A stretch of DNA of 64,000 nucleotides from Eledone cirrhosa. Lineage: Eukaryota. The notes beneath the pieces are model-generated. The model saw only the letters and a list, made by a program, of their open reading frames with translations. It had not been told where the DNA came from and did no database searches. The position numbers were made by a program, and so were the translations under genes. Position 1 is the stretch's first letter; each line of letters starts with the position of its first letter. This document shows, one piece after another, positions 11,984 to 23,393 of the stretch. The DNA lies in NCBI GenBank assembly GCA_964016885.1, contig OZ024740.1, forward strand, positions 199,950,001-200,014,000. The letters are read 5' to 3'.

Positions 11984-14695
11984 TTACAGACATATACTCA
12001 GAGTAGGCCCATTCACACGGGCCACACTTGCTTCTTTCACCCATATTTCAACAATATGCTGGGAAGAGAGCACTTCCCTCTCTACCCTGATTTTCCTTTT
12101 CAAATGAAATTTGAAAAAGTTAATCAGGGCATCACCGAAGAGGTAAGTGCTCGTCTTCAGCCCTTTCAAACTTGTCCACCATACTATCTCTTTCGCCATG
12201 GCCTCCAGACAGATAAAAACTGCATGCTCTTCCCGGCTAAAGGAAGAGGGCGGGGCAATCCTCACGATGGACTCAGCTGTTAGCTGGATCCGTCCTACAC
12301 GTGACAGCAGGTGTTCGACATAAACCCACAAGTCAGCAATGCTCGGACACGAGTGCGTGCAGGACGGTTTCGTCGCCCTGCGCGCATCTCGGACATGCCC
12401 GGCTGACGGCACCTCCATGCCTGTAGAGTTTATCCCAAACTGGCAAAGCTCCTCGGTAGCACTGCCAGGCCAGGGATTTCTGAAAGTTGTCCATAGGCCC
12501 CGGCCCGAAAGTCCCTCCGAAGAGATTGGCTAGTTGATTTTCGTCGACGCCTAGAGTTTCTCCAAGTACGTCGTCGCTCTTCCTCTCCACTAATCCTCTA
12601 TAGAACGCCAAGGTGGAGTATCCACCGATCACATTGCCCGATTAGACGAGGGCTGTGAGCACCTAAAGACATTCCAGTCTCCAAGCACTCCCTCTCGGTC
12701 TTCGCTTGACCCAGGATTGTAGTTCCGTCAAGGAGACGAGCTGGGGAAAGACGTGTCTAGCAAACGGCGACCACACCTGATCACCGTCGAGGAAGAGGTG
12801 GAGATGTCGTAGGCTGAGTGCGTGCCTGCGCATCATCAGTCACGGCATGCCCAGCCCTCCACGTAGCGGGTGTTGACAGCAGATGGACCGCCTGACCATC
12901 GGAGCGCGTCCCTTCCACAAAAAGCGAAAGAGCAAATGCTCCAGCGCAGTCAGACAAGGTACCACGGTCAGGCGGTAGTAGATAACGGACGCGATGTACG
13001 CGTTAGCCACCTCCGCTCGAGATTTCAGGGATAGCTTCCTCTCCGCCCATTTCTGGGTGAGAGAAACCACTCTGCTCGTCACCTCGTCCCAGTTTTTGTC
13101 CGTCAGGTGGTCCGGACCGAACCAGACCCCTAGCAATTTAACCGGTCCGTCCGTCCAGTGCCCGACGACGCTGTTGGATGGCATGGACCTGCCTCTCCAG
13201 GTGTCGAGCTTCAGGTCCACTGACTTTTCCTGGTTGATCATTGCTCCTGTCACCACTTCGTATTCTCTTAGTGTAGTGCCGATCGCATCGATGTGTTTGG
13301 CGTTCGACATCACTACGGTGACATCGTCCGCATATGCTGACACGGATCTTCCGCATCCTAGTTCGCGCGGGACGCCCCTCAACGTCTCCAGCTTGTGCCA
13401 TAATGGCTCGAGAGTCAATACGTACAAGAGGGACGAGAGGGGACATCCTTGGCGGACCGAGCGCATGATGTTGAACGGTTGCGAAAGGTGACCATTCACT
13501 CTCACCACAGAGCAGATGTCGCTGTGCATGTCAGCGATCCAGCCTCTGAAGACGGGCCCAAAGCAAGCCGCCCTCAGGACTGCCGCTAGGTAACGATGGT
13601 AGATCCGATCGAAAGCTTTCGATTGATCTAAATTCATCAAGGACCCACCCGTGCCAGGTTCCCTAGCTACCCTCTCTACGATGTATCACATGAGGTGGAG
13701 GTTGTCGTGGATGGATCTGTCGGGAATGGCGCACGTCTGCGCCTCTCCCACCAGACAACCAACGACAAGCGCCAACCTCTTTGCTAGCACCTTGGCCAAA
13801 ATCTTGAACTCTGTGTTTAGCAGAGTTATGTGCCTGAAATTATCTATGTTATTCCCCTTGTTCGGATCCTTTCTCAGCAGCGCCACTGCTCCTCGGTTCT
13901 CAGAGCTGGGAATTCTCCCGTTCTGTTGCCAGTTGCAGTGGGTGTCTGCTAAGAGGCCTCCGAACAAGTCTGGCATCTGTACGTAAAGTTCATAGGGCAG
14001 ACCATCCAAACCAGGCGATTTACCCCTTGTGCAGCCAGTCATTGCTCTCGTACTTCAGCGGCTGTTATCGGCTTTTCGCAACACTCCGCCTCAGTGGCCG
14101 AGAGCCGTGGCAGTCCGTCGATTTGTCCAAGTCCACATTGGCACATTCGGGAAATCCAATCGGTACCTGTCAGACAGTTCAAAACGCCTGAGCAGGTTGG
14201 TGAGGCTCTTGTACCCTCCTCCCATATCCGCTAATCCCACAGAGTCCCAGCGTGCATCTAAGATCCCGTTCGAGTCGCCCATTAACACTAAAGAGCGGGA
14301 CGTTCCAAGAAAGGTCTCCAGACGCCGGAGAAAATCAGGCCACCCTGCTCCTGTCGGAGCATAGACGGCCACTAGCCTGAAAGCTTGCCCGTCTCCGATG
14401 GTCACCTCCAGCACCACCAACTTACCTTCTGGGTCCAGGAAGATGGCCCATATGGCGAGATCCAAAGCTCTCCGAAAAAGCACAGCAACTCCTCCCACCG
14501 ATCCCGGACGGCTGGGAGATGCGTACACATCGTAGCCGCCGAAGATCGGTGCGAAGGCCTGTGCTTCGGAGAATCTGGTCTCGCTGATGGCCACTACATC
14601 TATGTTTAGTGACCTGAGGTCGTTGAGCAGGTGGCCCTGCTTCATAACGACCCCAAGCCACGCGCATTTATGCTGCCTATTCTGAGTGAGGTCAT
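11984..14695 (-). pseudogene. Tx1 ORF2 (APE+RT) with ~0.7 kb deletion near 14120
   Basis: WTWTNR is joined directly to DGLPRLSATEAECCEK; the segment equivalent to ~8166-8856 of copy 1 is missing. Confidence 0.88.
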
Positions 14696-14729
14696 GTTGA
14701 AATGGAGTGGAAAAGATGGGAAAGACCAC

Positions 14730-16385
14730 TTACCTTACTTCTTGTACAGGAAGGACGGTTTCTCCATCCTTTTTACTGCTTGTGGCCTCCTCAGGAAAGA
14801 TGTCCTTATAAATCCTCCTGGAGAGTGCTTGTCGGAAGTCTCCCATGTCTTTGGGGAATTTTTGTTTCAGTGTCATGTAGGTTTTCTGTGTGATGCGAGT
14901 GATTTGTATGTGTGGAGGTGGTGTGAACTTTGGGTTGTTGTGTAGTCTTTTTCTGTGATGCTGGTGTTGTGTTGGATGTAGTGTAATAATTGGTTGTTGT
15001 TCAAATTTAATGCTGTGTAGTGTGTATCGTTTTGGTTGTTCTGTTTTGTTTGCGTTTGTTGTGGGTTTGTTTCTGTTTCGCTTTTTGGTGACTTTTGTGT
15101 TGTTAGTGATGGTGGTGTTGGGGTTAATGATGGTGATGGTGTTGGTGTTTGTGGTGATGGGGTTGATGATGCTGGTGTGGATGGTGGCATATCTGTCCTA
15201 ACTTTTTTGTTTGATAGTTTATTTGTTTCCCTCTGTATTTTGTTTTTGGAGTGGAAAGTAATAGAATTTTTTTCTTTTTTGGTTTCTTTTTTCTTTTTTC
15301 CTGATACCGTTTCCCACTCCGCGTCGTCACAATCTCTCTCCAGTTGTGATAGGCCGGGGAGTGGAAAATCCTCCACAGGCGTTGGTTTTGGTTGTGGCGT
15401 GGTGGATGGTGTAGGCGCTGGTGCTAGTTCTGGCGCGTTGGGTGGTGGTGGTATTGGTTTTGCTACTGTTGCTAGGGTTGTTGCTGTTACAGTTGCTTCT
15501 GTTGTTGCTGCTACAGTTGTTGCTGCCATCTCTGCTGCTGGTGGCGTTGATGGTTGAGTCACTGGGAGGTGGCCAGTAAGAGAGGTGGCCTCAACCTTTT
15601 ATCCTGAGGGCAGAAAGCCCTTAGGTGGGTTCCTTCATCACAAACGACACAACTAGGCCTTCTGCCCTCGACGATTAGGGTGAGGTAGTTGCCGTCAGTG
15701 TGGTCTATTACCTCTGGGATCTCCTCAATGCTTTTTTGGTCCGCTTGGATAGGGACTCCATCCCAGATCCGGACCAGTTCTCCTGCTTTTCTTTCGCTAT
15801 TTCGATTATCTTGGTGTTGGCTTCGATGCCGGCGAGGACGGCAGCTATTAGCCAGGGAATTTCGATGGCCGGCGGTACGTGGGTCACCCTGATCTTTACG
15901 AGTCTCTGGCCCAATAGCTTGGGACGAGTGTGAAGTCGTCACCTCTTAATGGGGCCATGGAGTGTTCTCTAGCCTCCTGTGGTGTTTCAAAGAACACGTC
16001 CACGGTTCCGTATTTTTGCCCACGTCTGATGTGGGGTTTTTTTGCTCACACATGTCCCAAAGCTTTTTGAATTTGGGACTCGGATGGCGCGATTTTATGT
16101 TAATTGTTCTATAAGACACGGTGAATAGGTGCCGATGCTCCATTTTATTAGGTAGGCTGCCCATGTACCCATCTTTCTTTACCATTTTTTTGGCTTTTCT
16201 AATTCCTCCTGAGTTACCTGAAATGCATCGCACTCTTTTGCTACTCTGGCAAAACTCAGGGTGGTTTTCTTCATTTCATTGTTGTTGTTATCGTTATTTT
16301 TGTTATTGTGAATTTTAGTTTCAGTTGTGGTGGTGGTGGCGTCAGTGGTGTTCGGTGTGGAAGAGTTCATTGTGGTTGAATTCAT
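14730..16385 (-). pseudogene. Tx1 ORF1, fragmented, with CCHC knuckle
   Basis: ORFs 16179-16385, 15946-16233, 15708-15914, 15559-15942 and 14873-15562 resemble copy 1 ORF1. Confidence 0.7.
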
Positions 16386-16823
16386 TTCGATATCACGAGT
16401 TAATTCTGTTGTCGCGGTGTGGTGGTGGTGGTGGCGGCTTTAACACCTGCAGTCATTGGTAATGGCGGGAAATGAATGTCTGCCTGAGACAAATTTAAAA
16501 TATTGCTACTGCTTATATTTTTAGTGTTGGCAAACGTAGTAATATTTACAATGGTGGTGTCGGTGTGAGGTGTTAGTTTGTGAGGAAGGAGTGACTCTGA
16601 GTCATCTATGATTTTTCAAAGAAAAACTTTTGATTGATAATTATAAAAGTTTAAATTTTGGGCTCAAGGCCCCAATCATTTGGGGTGTCCTTTTCAGATA
16701 ACAATGTATGTTCACTTATTTACAGTCAACAATAAAAACCTTCCATAAATGGCAATTTTAAATAACTGAAAATAACAAACCTTTGCAGAGCTCACGATGA
16801 AACGATTTACTACGTAGGTCGCC

Positions 16824-16886
16824 AATAATAATAATAATAATTGTTTCTACTTTTGGCACAAGGCCAGCAATTACACAGTGTATTAC

Positions 16887-16891
<5 letters not shown>
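16824..16891 (-). mobile_element. 3' fragment of tRNA-derived SINE with (ATT)n tail
   Basis: Near-identical to 32266-32321 (ttgtttctac...aaggccagcaattac.cagtg.attactggta). Confidence 0.75.

Positions 16892-16947
<56 letters not shown>
16890..16947. repeat. (TAA)n microsatellite (~19 units)
   Basis: Direct inspection. Confidence 0.97.
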
Positions 16948-16948
<1 letters not shown>

Positions 16949-18872
16949 TTTAGAGATTTTCAAAATATCCCCCGTTGTCAGGAGGTTTTTGTCATTCAGT
17001 ATGAGGACATGGAGAACGACACTCCTTTTGAATAGTGAAACAAAATCACTGGAAGCTGATTATATTAATTGTGGAATGTTTCAGGGTAACTCTTTATCAC
17101 CGCTTTTATTCTGCATCGCACTTATACCATTAAGTAAAATGCTCAATGAAACAAAACATGGATATATAGTCTATAACAAAACCATTAATCACCTGTTCTA
17201 CATGGATGACCTGAAACTATTAGCAAAAAATGATGAACAATTGCAAGGGCTATTATCCACTGTGAAGCAGTTAGGTGATGACATTAAAATGGAGTTTGGA
17301 CTGGATAAATGCGCCAAAGCAACGTTCACCAGAGGAAAGCTGCTGAAGAGTTCAGACATTAATCTTGATCGGGGGAACGTGATAAGAGAGCTTGATCAAG
17401 AAAAAAACTTACAAATATCTAGGTGTTTGTGAAGGAGACGGAATCAAGCACTCGACAATGAGGGAAAGGATAAGGAAGGAATGTTACCGCAGAGTCAGAG
17501 CAATCTTAAGAACGGAATTGAATGCAAGGAATAGGATCGATGCCATGAACACGCTTGCCATACCAGTAGTAACCTACAGTTACAATGTCATCAACTGGTC
17601 AAGCACAGAGATCCGTAGGCGCGATACAAAAATCCGAAAATTCTTAACCATGCACAGAATGCATCACCCTAAGGCAGACATAGATAGAATATATCTCCCT
17701 AGGAAAGAAGGAGGACGTGGGTTAATCCAGTTAGACATTGCGTTGAAAACTGCAACAATTGAATTATCCACATATCTAAGGGAATCACATGATTGGATGA
17801 TCAAACTCGTTTTGAAACACGAAAGCACCAGAAGATCATATTCCATTACAAAAGATGCACAAAGATACAGTAATGGACCACAAATTTCAGAAGTCCCATT
17901 TACTGCTGAAATGGAAAACACAGAAAAAGCAAAGCAGGTAAAAGTAACTGCAAAGAAAGAACTGCTACAGAAACTGGCTAAGAAATGGCAAGAAAAGCCT
18001 CTGTATGGAAAATACCCAGAACGAGCTAACAATCCTGATTTTGACAAAACTTTATACCCATCAGTGGTTGGCTTCCTCTGGACTGAAATCGGAGACTGAA
18101 GGACTGATTATATCAGCACAAGTTCAGTGTCTGCCAACAAAAAATTACCAAGCCAATATAATAAAAAATGGATGCAGCTATTATGCCGTGTATGCAAAAA
18201 ACAACCAGAGACCATTGAACATATAATTTCAATGTGCAGTCCTATAGCTCCAACCGAATACCTAAACAGGCATGACAGAGCTGCACAATACATACATTGG
18301 ATAATGTGTAAGCATTTTGACCTGCCCCATCAAGAGAATTGGTGGGAGCATCAACCACCTCCCATACTTGAAAAAGATCACATCTCAATCTTGTGGAACT
18401 TTAGCATCCAAACAGACCGAAAAATAGATGCAAATAGACCTGATATAATATTGAAGGACTTTCAAAGGAGGGTATGCCTGCTAATTGATATGTCTGTTCC
18501 AATAGACAAGAATGTATCTATAAAAACATTTGAAAAATTGAGCAAGTATAAGGACTTTGAGATAGAAATTGGAAAAATGTGGAAATTGAGAACTAAAACA
18601 ATACCAGTGGTTGTAGGCGCTCTGGGAATGATACCTAAGGGGTCTAACGACTACTTATCGCAAATCCCAGGAAACCCGCGTATAGGAGAAATACAAAAGA
18701 TAGTACTAATGGGAAGATCCTGTCAATATAAGTACATCACAAGTCTAAACACTAAGGATGCATGTGTGAATATGTATGTTCTTTCTTGAACATGGCGGAC
18801 CTTGTTGTCTCTTGAGGTCACTGGTTGTGACTTGGTGATAACTCGTATAAACATAAAGCAAGATAAATGCAA
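16945..18872 (+). mobile_element. R4/Dong-like LINE family B, 3' half (RT C-part, CCHC, restriction-like endonuclease, 3' UTR)
   Basis: GMFQGNSLSP, HLFYMDD, YKYLG, RKEGGRGL, CRVC...ETIEH...C, RHD, RPDIIL..IDMSVP, KLSKY. Flanked by (TAA)n. Confidence 0.9.
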
Positions 18873-18907
18873 ATAATAATAATAGTAATAATAATAATAA
18901 TAATAAT

Positions 18908-19840
18908 ATTGGCTCCTTACTACTTGACTGATAGTAAGGAGCCAATGTTCAGAACTGTACTGAAGGAGGGGACAATATGCCAGGGGATTCCAAGGAGGAA
19001 ATAACATCAAGGAGAAAGAGCAGCCTTCAGGAAAAACCCCTTCATAGTACCTTCTTTGAGAAAACTGAATTTAGAGATCCACAGACATGGAACTGGTTCG
19101 AAAGAGGAAGGAATGTTAATGGCTGCGCAGGAGCAGGCCCTCAAAACGAAGTGGTTGAAACACCATATTTACAAGGAGGCTAGCCCACTGTGCAGGATCT
19201 GTGGAGAGAGAGAGGAGACTGTGGCTCACATTGTATCCGAGTGTAAACACCTAGGCCAGTCTCACTATAAGGGCTGGAGACATGATGTGATGGGCAGGGT
19301 GATCCACTGGCACCTATGCAAAGTAAACAATTTACCACATTCTGAGAAGTGGTATCAGCATAAGCCAGAGGCGGTGATAGAAAACGATCAGGTGAAGGTG
19401 CTGTGGGATTTTAGGATACAGACGGACAAGAAACTGGAACACAATAGACCTGACCTGGTGGTTTTGGACAAAGAAAAAAGATCGTGCCTGATTGTGGATG
19501 TGGCCTGCCCATTCGAAACGAGAGTGCAAGAAAAGGAGAGGGAGAAAATTAACCGATACCAGGACTTAAAGTGGGAGGTAAAAAGGATTTGGAACTGCCA
19601 TGAAGTCAAAGTGATCCCGATTGTCATAGGCGCACTAGGGACTATCTCAAAAGGTTTCCAGGGATGGTTAAAGAAAATTGGCCCCGTCCCGCTTTTTGGA
19701 ACGCTTCAAAAGGCATGCTTGCTGGGAACAGCAAGAACCCTCCGATACGTCCTGAATATCTGAGACTGCAGGTAGTGGCTTGATATTCATCTCATCAAAC
19801 CTTCCAGTTAACTAACAACAATGACTGAGACTCAAAGTGT
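18908..19840 (+). mobile_element. 5'-truncated R4/Dong-like LINE family A with 15-bp 5' fold-back
   Basis: ORF 19056-19763: CRICGEREETVAHIVSEC, RHD, HNRPDLVV..VDVACP, EKINRY. (TAA)n on both sides. Confidence 0.92.
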
Positions 19841-19858
19841 AATAACAATAATAATAAT

Positions 19859-22800
19859 TCACCAATCCTCGATAAGAGTGTTTAAATGTCGAACCTACAC
19901 AGTTCCAATAACGGTGAAGTGGAGACTAGAATGTCATGTGACAGACTCTCACCCAGCAGGTGCTCTCTGGCTCAGCATCAGGGACCTGGCTGTCAACCAA
20001 ATGCTGCTGGTGTCGGAGGAAGAAGAAGAAGGAAAGGGACCAGAACCAACTGGACGAAAGAATTGAATAGAACTGTTTTGCAATGTTACCCGAAGAGTAA
20101 CCCCAAGGAGAAAGGCTATAGGAAACGGATGCATAACATCTGGAACGAGATTGGTCTATTTAAATTAGATGAACAAAAATTGGCCGGGCAGGCTCGGGTA
20201 ATAAGAACTAATGGGTGGATAAGCGAGTTGGAGCTGGAGGAACTGAGCAGAAATATTAGGTTGGAAATGGAGAGTGGAGTATGCCAGGTAAACGAGCCAG
20301 TCGGAAATGAAGGTGAAGAGGTTGAGAGAACGGAGGAACCATCTGAAGCAGACAATGATCTGAATGCTGAAATAAATAATACCTGGAGCAAAGATACGGC
20401 CATGGAGGAGATGAATGCTGACAGGCTAGGACAAGATATCCTAAACTTAGTGGTAGATGAATTGAACAATGATAGTGGGAAACCTATAAACCTAAGATTT
20501 GTAGACAGGAAAAAGTTAAAAGAAACAACAGCTAATGTAAACAAAGTCATCCCATACCTTGAGGCGAGGAGCCTTCACCAGTGCAACAATATCCTCAAAG
20601 CAACAGCAAATGCGGTGAGGAAATTACTTGGCATAAAAGCGAGAGGAAACAACAAACAGGAAAGATCAGAACCTTGGTGGAAGAAACGACTGAATGGTCA
20701 AATCAGGGAAATGAGACATGACATTGGAAAGCTTGAGTCCCTACTGAATGGGACACTAAAAAACATACACACTAAACATAGACTGGAAATAAAGTAGAAA
20801 ACTAGGAGGAAAAAGCTAAATATTATCATAGAAGAACTGAAGCAACGCATTGTAGCAAAGAGTGCAAAAATTAGGCGATACGAGAGCAGAGTCAGTCAGT
20901 ATAGACAGAACCGCATGTTTGACAACAACCAGAAGATGCTGTTTGTACAGCTTGAAGGGAAAGAAAGAGGCAACGACTTGATCCCTGAGGCGGAGCAAAC
21001 TAAAACTTTCTGGAGAGGAATATGGGAGCAGGATGTTAAACATAATGACCAGGCAGTGTGGATTGAGACAGTACAAAAGGAGATTAGTAAACAGGCACAC
21101 CAACAAACTGATTTGAGTATCACAGTTGAAACTCTTAAGGGGCAGGCCAAAAATCTAACCAGCTGGAAATCACCATGCCCAGATGGTGTGCAGGGGTATT
21201 GGATTAAAAATATAACATCCCTCCACCCGAAACTGACAGCCATGTTCAATGACTGCTTGATGTCAGGTGACGTTTCAGAGTGGTTGACAAAAGGTACCAC
21301 AGTTCTGGTAATGAAAGTCCGAATCAAGGGTAATGATGTTATCAACTATAGACCTATCACATGTCTGTCCGTAATGTGGAAACTGTTGACAAGCATTATG
21401 TCTGAGGAAATCTACCATCACCTCCACACAAACAACTTGTTACCGGACGAACAGAAAGGATGCCGAAAGAAGTCCCGTGGTACAAAGGACCAGTTACTTA
21501 TTGATAAGATGGTAATGAGGAATTGCAAGAGGAGACACACTGGTCTTGCCATGGGATGGACAGTCTACAAAAAGGCATTTGACATGGTGCCTCATTCTTG
21601 GATCACCAAAAGCCTAGAGATCTTCAAGGTGGCAGATAACATCAGACCGTTGTTGGGCAAAAGTAAGAAGTCCTGGAAAACAGAGTTAACATCAGCTGGA
21701 GAATACTTGGGAGGCCTGAAGATCAAGAGAGGTATCTTCCAGGGGGATAGTCTGTCCCCTCTGTTGTTTGTCCTTGCCCTGATACCTGACTATTATATTG
21801 CGAAAAATGAGAGCAGGATACAAGTTGGGAAAGGGAGAGCTTACCATCAATCACCTCCTCTTGAAAGACGATCTTAAGCTCTTCGGGAAGAATGAGAAGG
21901 AGTTGGATGTGCTTGTTGACACTCCGTATTTTTAGCAATGATATATGTATGCAATTTGATATTAGTAAGTGTGGAGTCCTTGTGATGAAGATTGGTAAAT
22001 TGAGCAGAAGCAACGGAATTTAGGTACCAACAGGTGAGATGATAAAGGAAATTGACACTGAAGAGGGATACAAGTATTTGTGTGTTCTGGAGGCTGATGA
22101 AATCAAGAACAAAAGAAATGAAGGAATTGATAAGATATGAATACATTCGGAGAGTAAGGAGCGTATTAAAGTCACATCTGAACAGTAGGAATGCCATAAG
22201 TGCAGTAAATTCCCGAGCTGTGTCTATTACAGTGCGGGAATTCTGAGATGGAATGTTGCTGAACAAAAAGAAATGGATAGGAAGACTAGGAAGCTATTGC
22301 CTATCTACAACATGTTCCACAAGAGGAGTGATGTCGATAGATTCTACTTAAGGAGATCTGTAGGTGGAAGAGGTCTTATCAGTATAGAGGACTGTGTTCA
22401 GATGGAGAAAAACAACCTACACACATACATGACTGATAGTAAGGAGCCAATGCTCAGAATTGTACTGAAGGAGAGGACAATAGACCAGGGGATTCCAAGG
22501 AGGAAATAACAACAAAGAGAAAGAGCGGCCTACTTGAAAAATCCCTTCATAGTACCTTCTTTGAGAAAACTGAATTCAGAGATCCACAGACATGGAACTG
22601 GTTGAAAAGAGGAGACCTTAAAAAGGCTACAGAAGGAATGCTAATGGCTGCGCAAGAGCAGGCACTCAAAACGAAGTGGTTGAAACACCATATTTACAAG
22701 GAGGCTAGCCCACTGTGCAGGATCTGTGGAGAGAGAGAGGAGACTGTGGCTCACATTGTATCCGAGTGTAAACACCTAGCCCAGACTCACTATAAAGGCT

Positions 22801-23353
22801 GGAGACATGATGTGATGGGCAGGGTGATCCACTGGCACCTATGCAAATGAAACAATTTACCACATTCTGAGAAGTGTTATGAGCATAAGCCAGAGTCGGT
22901 GATAGAAAACGATCAGGTGAAGGTGCTGTGGGATTTTAGGATACACACGGACAAGAAACTGGAACACAATAGGCCTGACCTGGTGGTTTTGGACAAGGAA
23001 AAAAGATCGTGCCTGGTTGTAGATGTAGCCTGCCCATTTTACACGAGAGTGCAAGAAAGGGAGAGGGAGAAAATTAACCGATAAAGTGGGAGATAAAATA
23101 GATTTGGAACTGACATGAAATCAGAGTTGTCCCTATTGTCATAGGCGCACTAGGTACTATCTCAAGGAGTTTCTGAGGATGGTTAAAGAAAGTTAGTCCA
23201 GCTCCGCTTTTTGGAACACTTCAAAAGGCATACTTGCTGGGAACAGCAAGAACACTCCGATACGTCCTGAATATCTGAGGCTGCTGGTAGCGGCTTGATA
23301 TTCATTTCAACAAACTTTCCAGTTAGTTAACATCAATGACTGAGACTCAAAGA
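19859..23353 (+). mobile_element. Full-length R4/Dong-like LINE family A, degraded
   Basis: One ORF broken into 19886-20797, 20915-21877 and smaller pieces to 23278: EPWWKKRL, WKSPCPDG, YRPITCL, EQKGC, KKAFDMVPH, GIFQGDSLSP, LKDD (mutated catalytic motif), CCHC and RLE. (TAA)n on both sides. Confidence 0.92.
19886..23278 (+). pseudogene. R4/Dong RT-RLE polyprotein, multiple stops and frameshifts
   Basis: Motifs as for the enclosing element; ends RYVLNI*. Confidence 0.88.
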
Positions 23354-23393
23354 ACAATAATAATAATAATAATAATAATAACAATAATAATAA
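23354..23393. repeat. (TAA)n spacer
   Basis: Direct inspection. Confidence 0.95.

Larger units (their letters stand above)
11747..16823 (-). mobile_element. Tx1-clade LINE, copy 2, full extent with internal ORF2 deletion
   Basis: ORF1 fragments (EGRRPSCVVCDEGTHLRAFC) and ORF2 fragments 14091-14729, 13686-14042, 12840-13640 (AYADD), 11984-12632. 3' AATAAA plus (ATT)n; 5' junction ATTATT|GG. Confidence 0.92.

Noticed and set aside
16824-23393. Repeat-spacer pattern of TAA runs as a CRISPR-like array
   Set aside because: The spacers are kilobase retroelements and the repeats are simple microsatellites, in a eukaryotic context with no cas genes.
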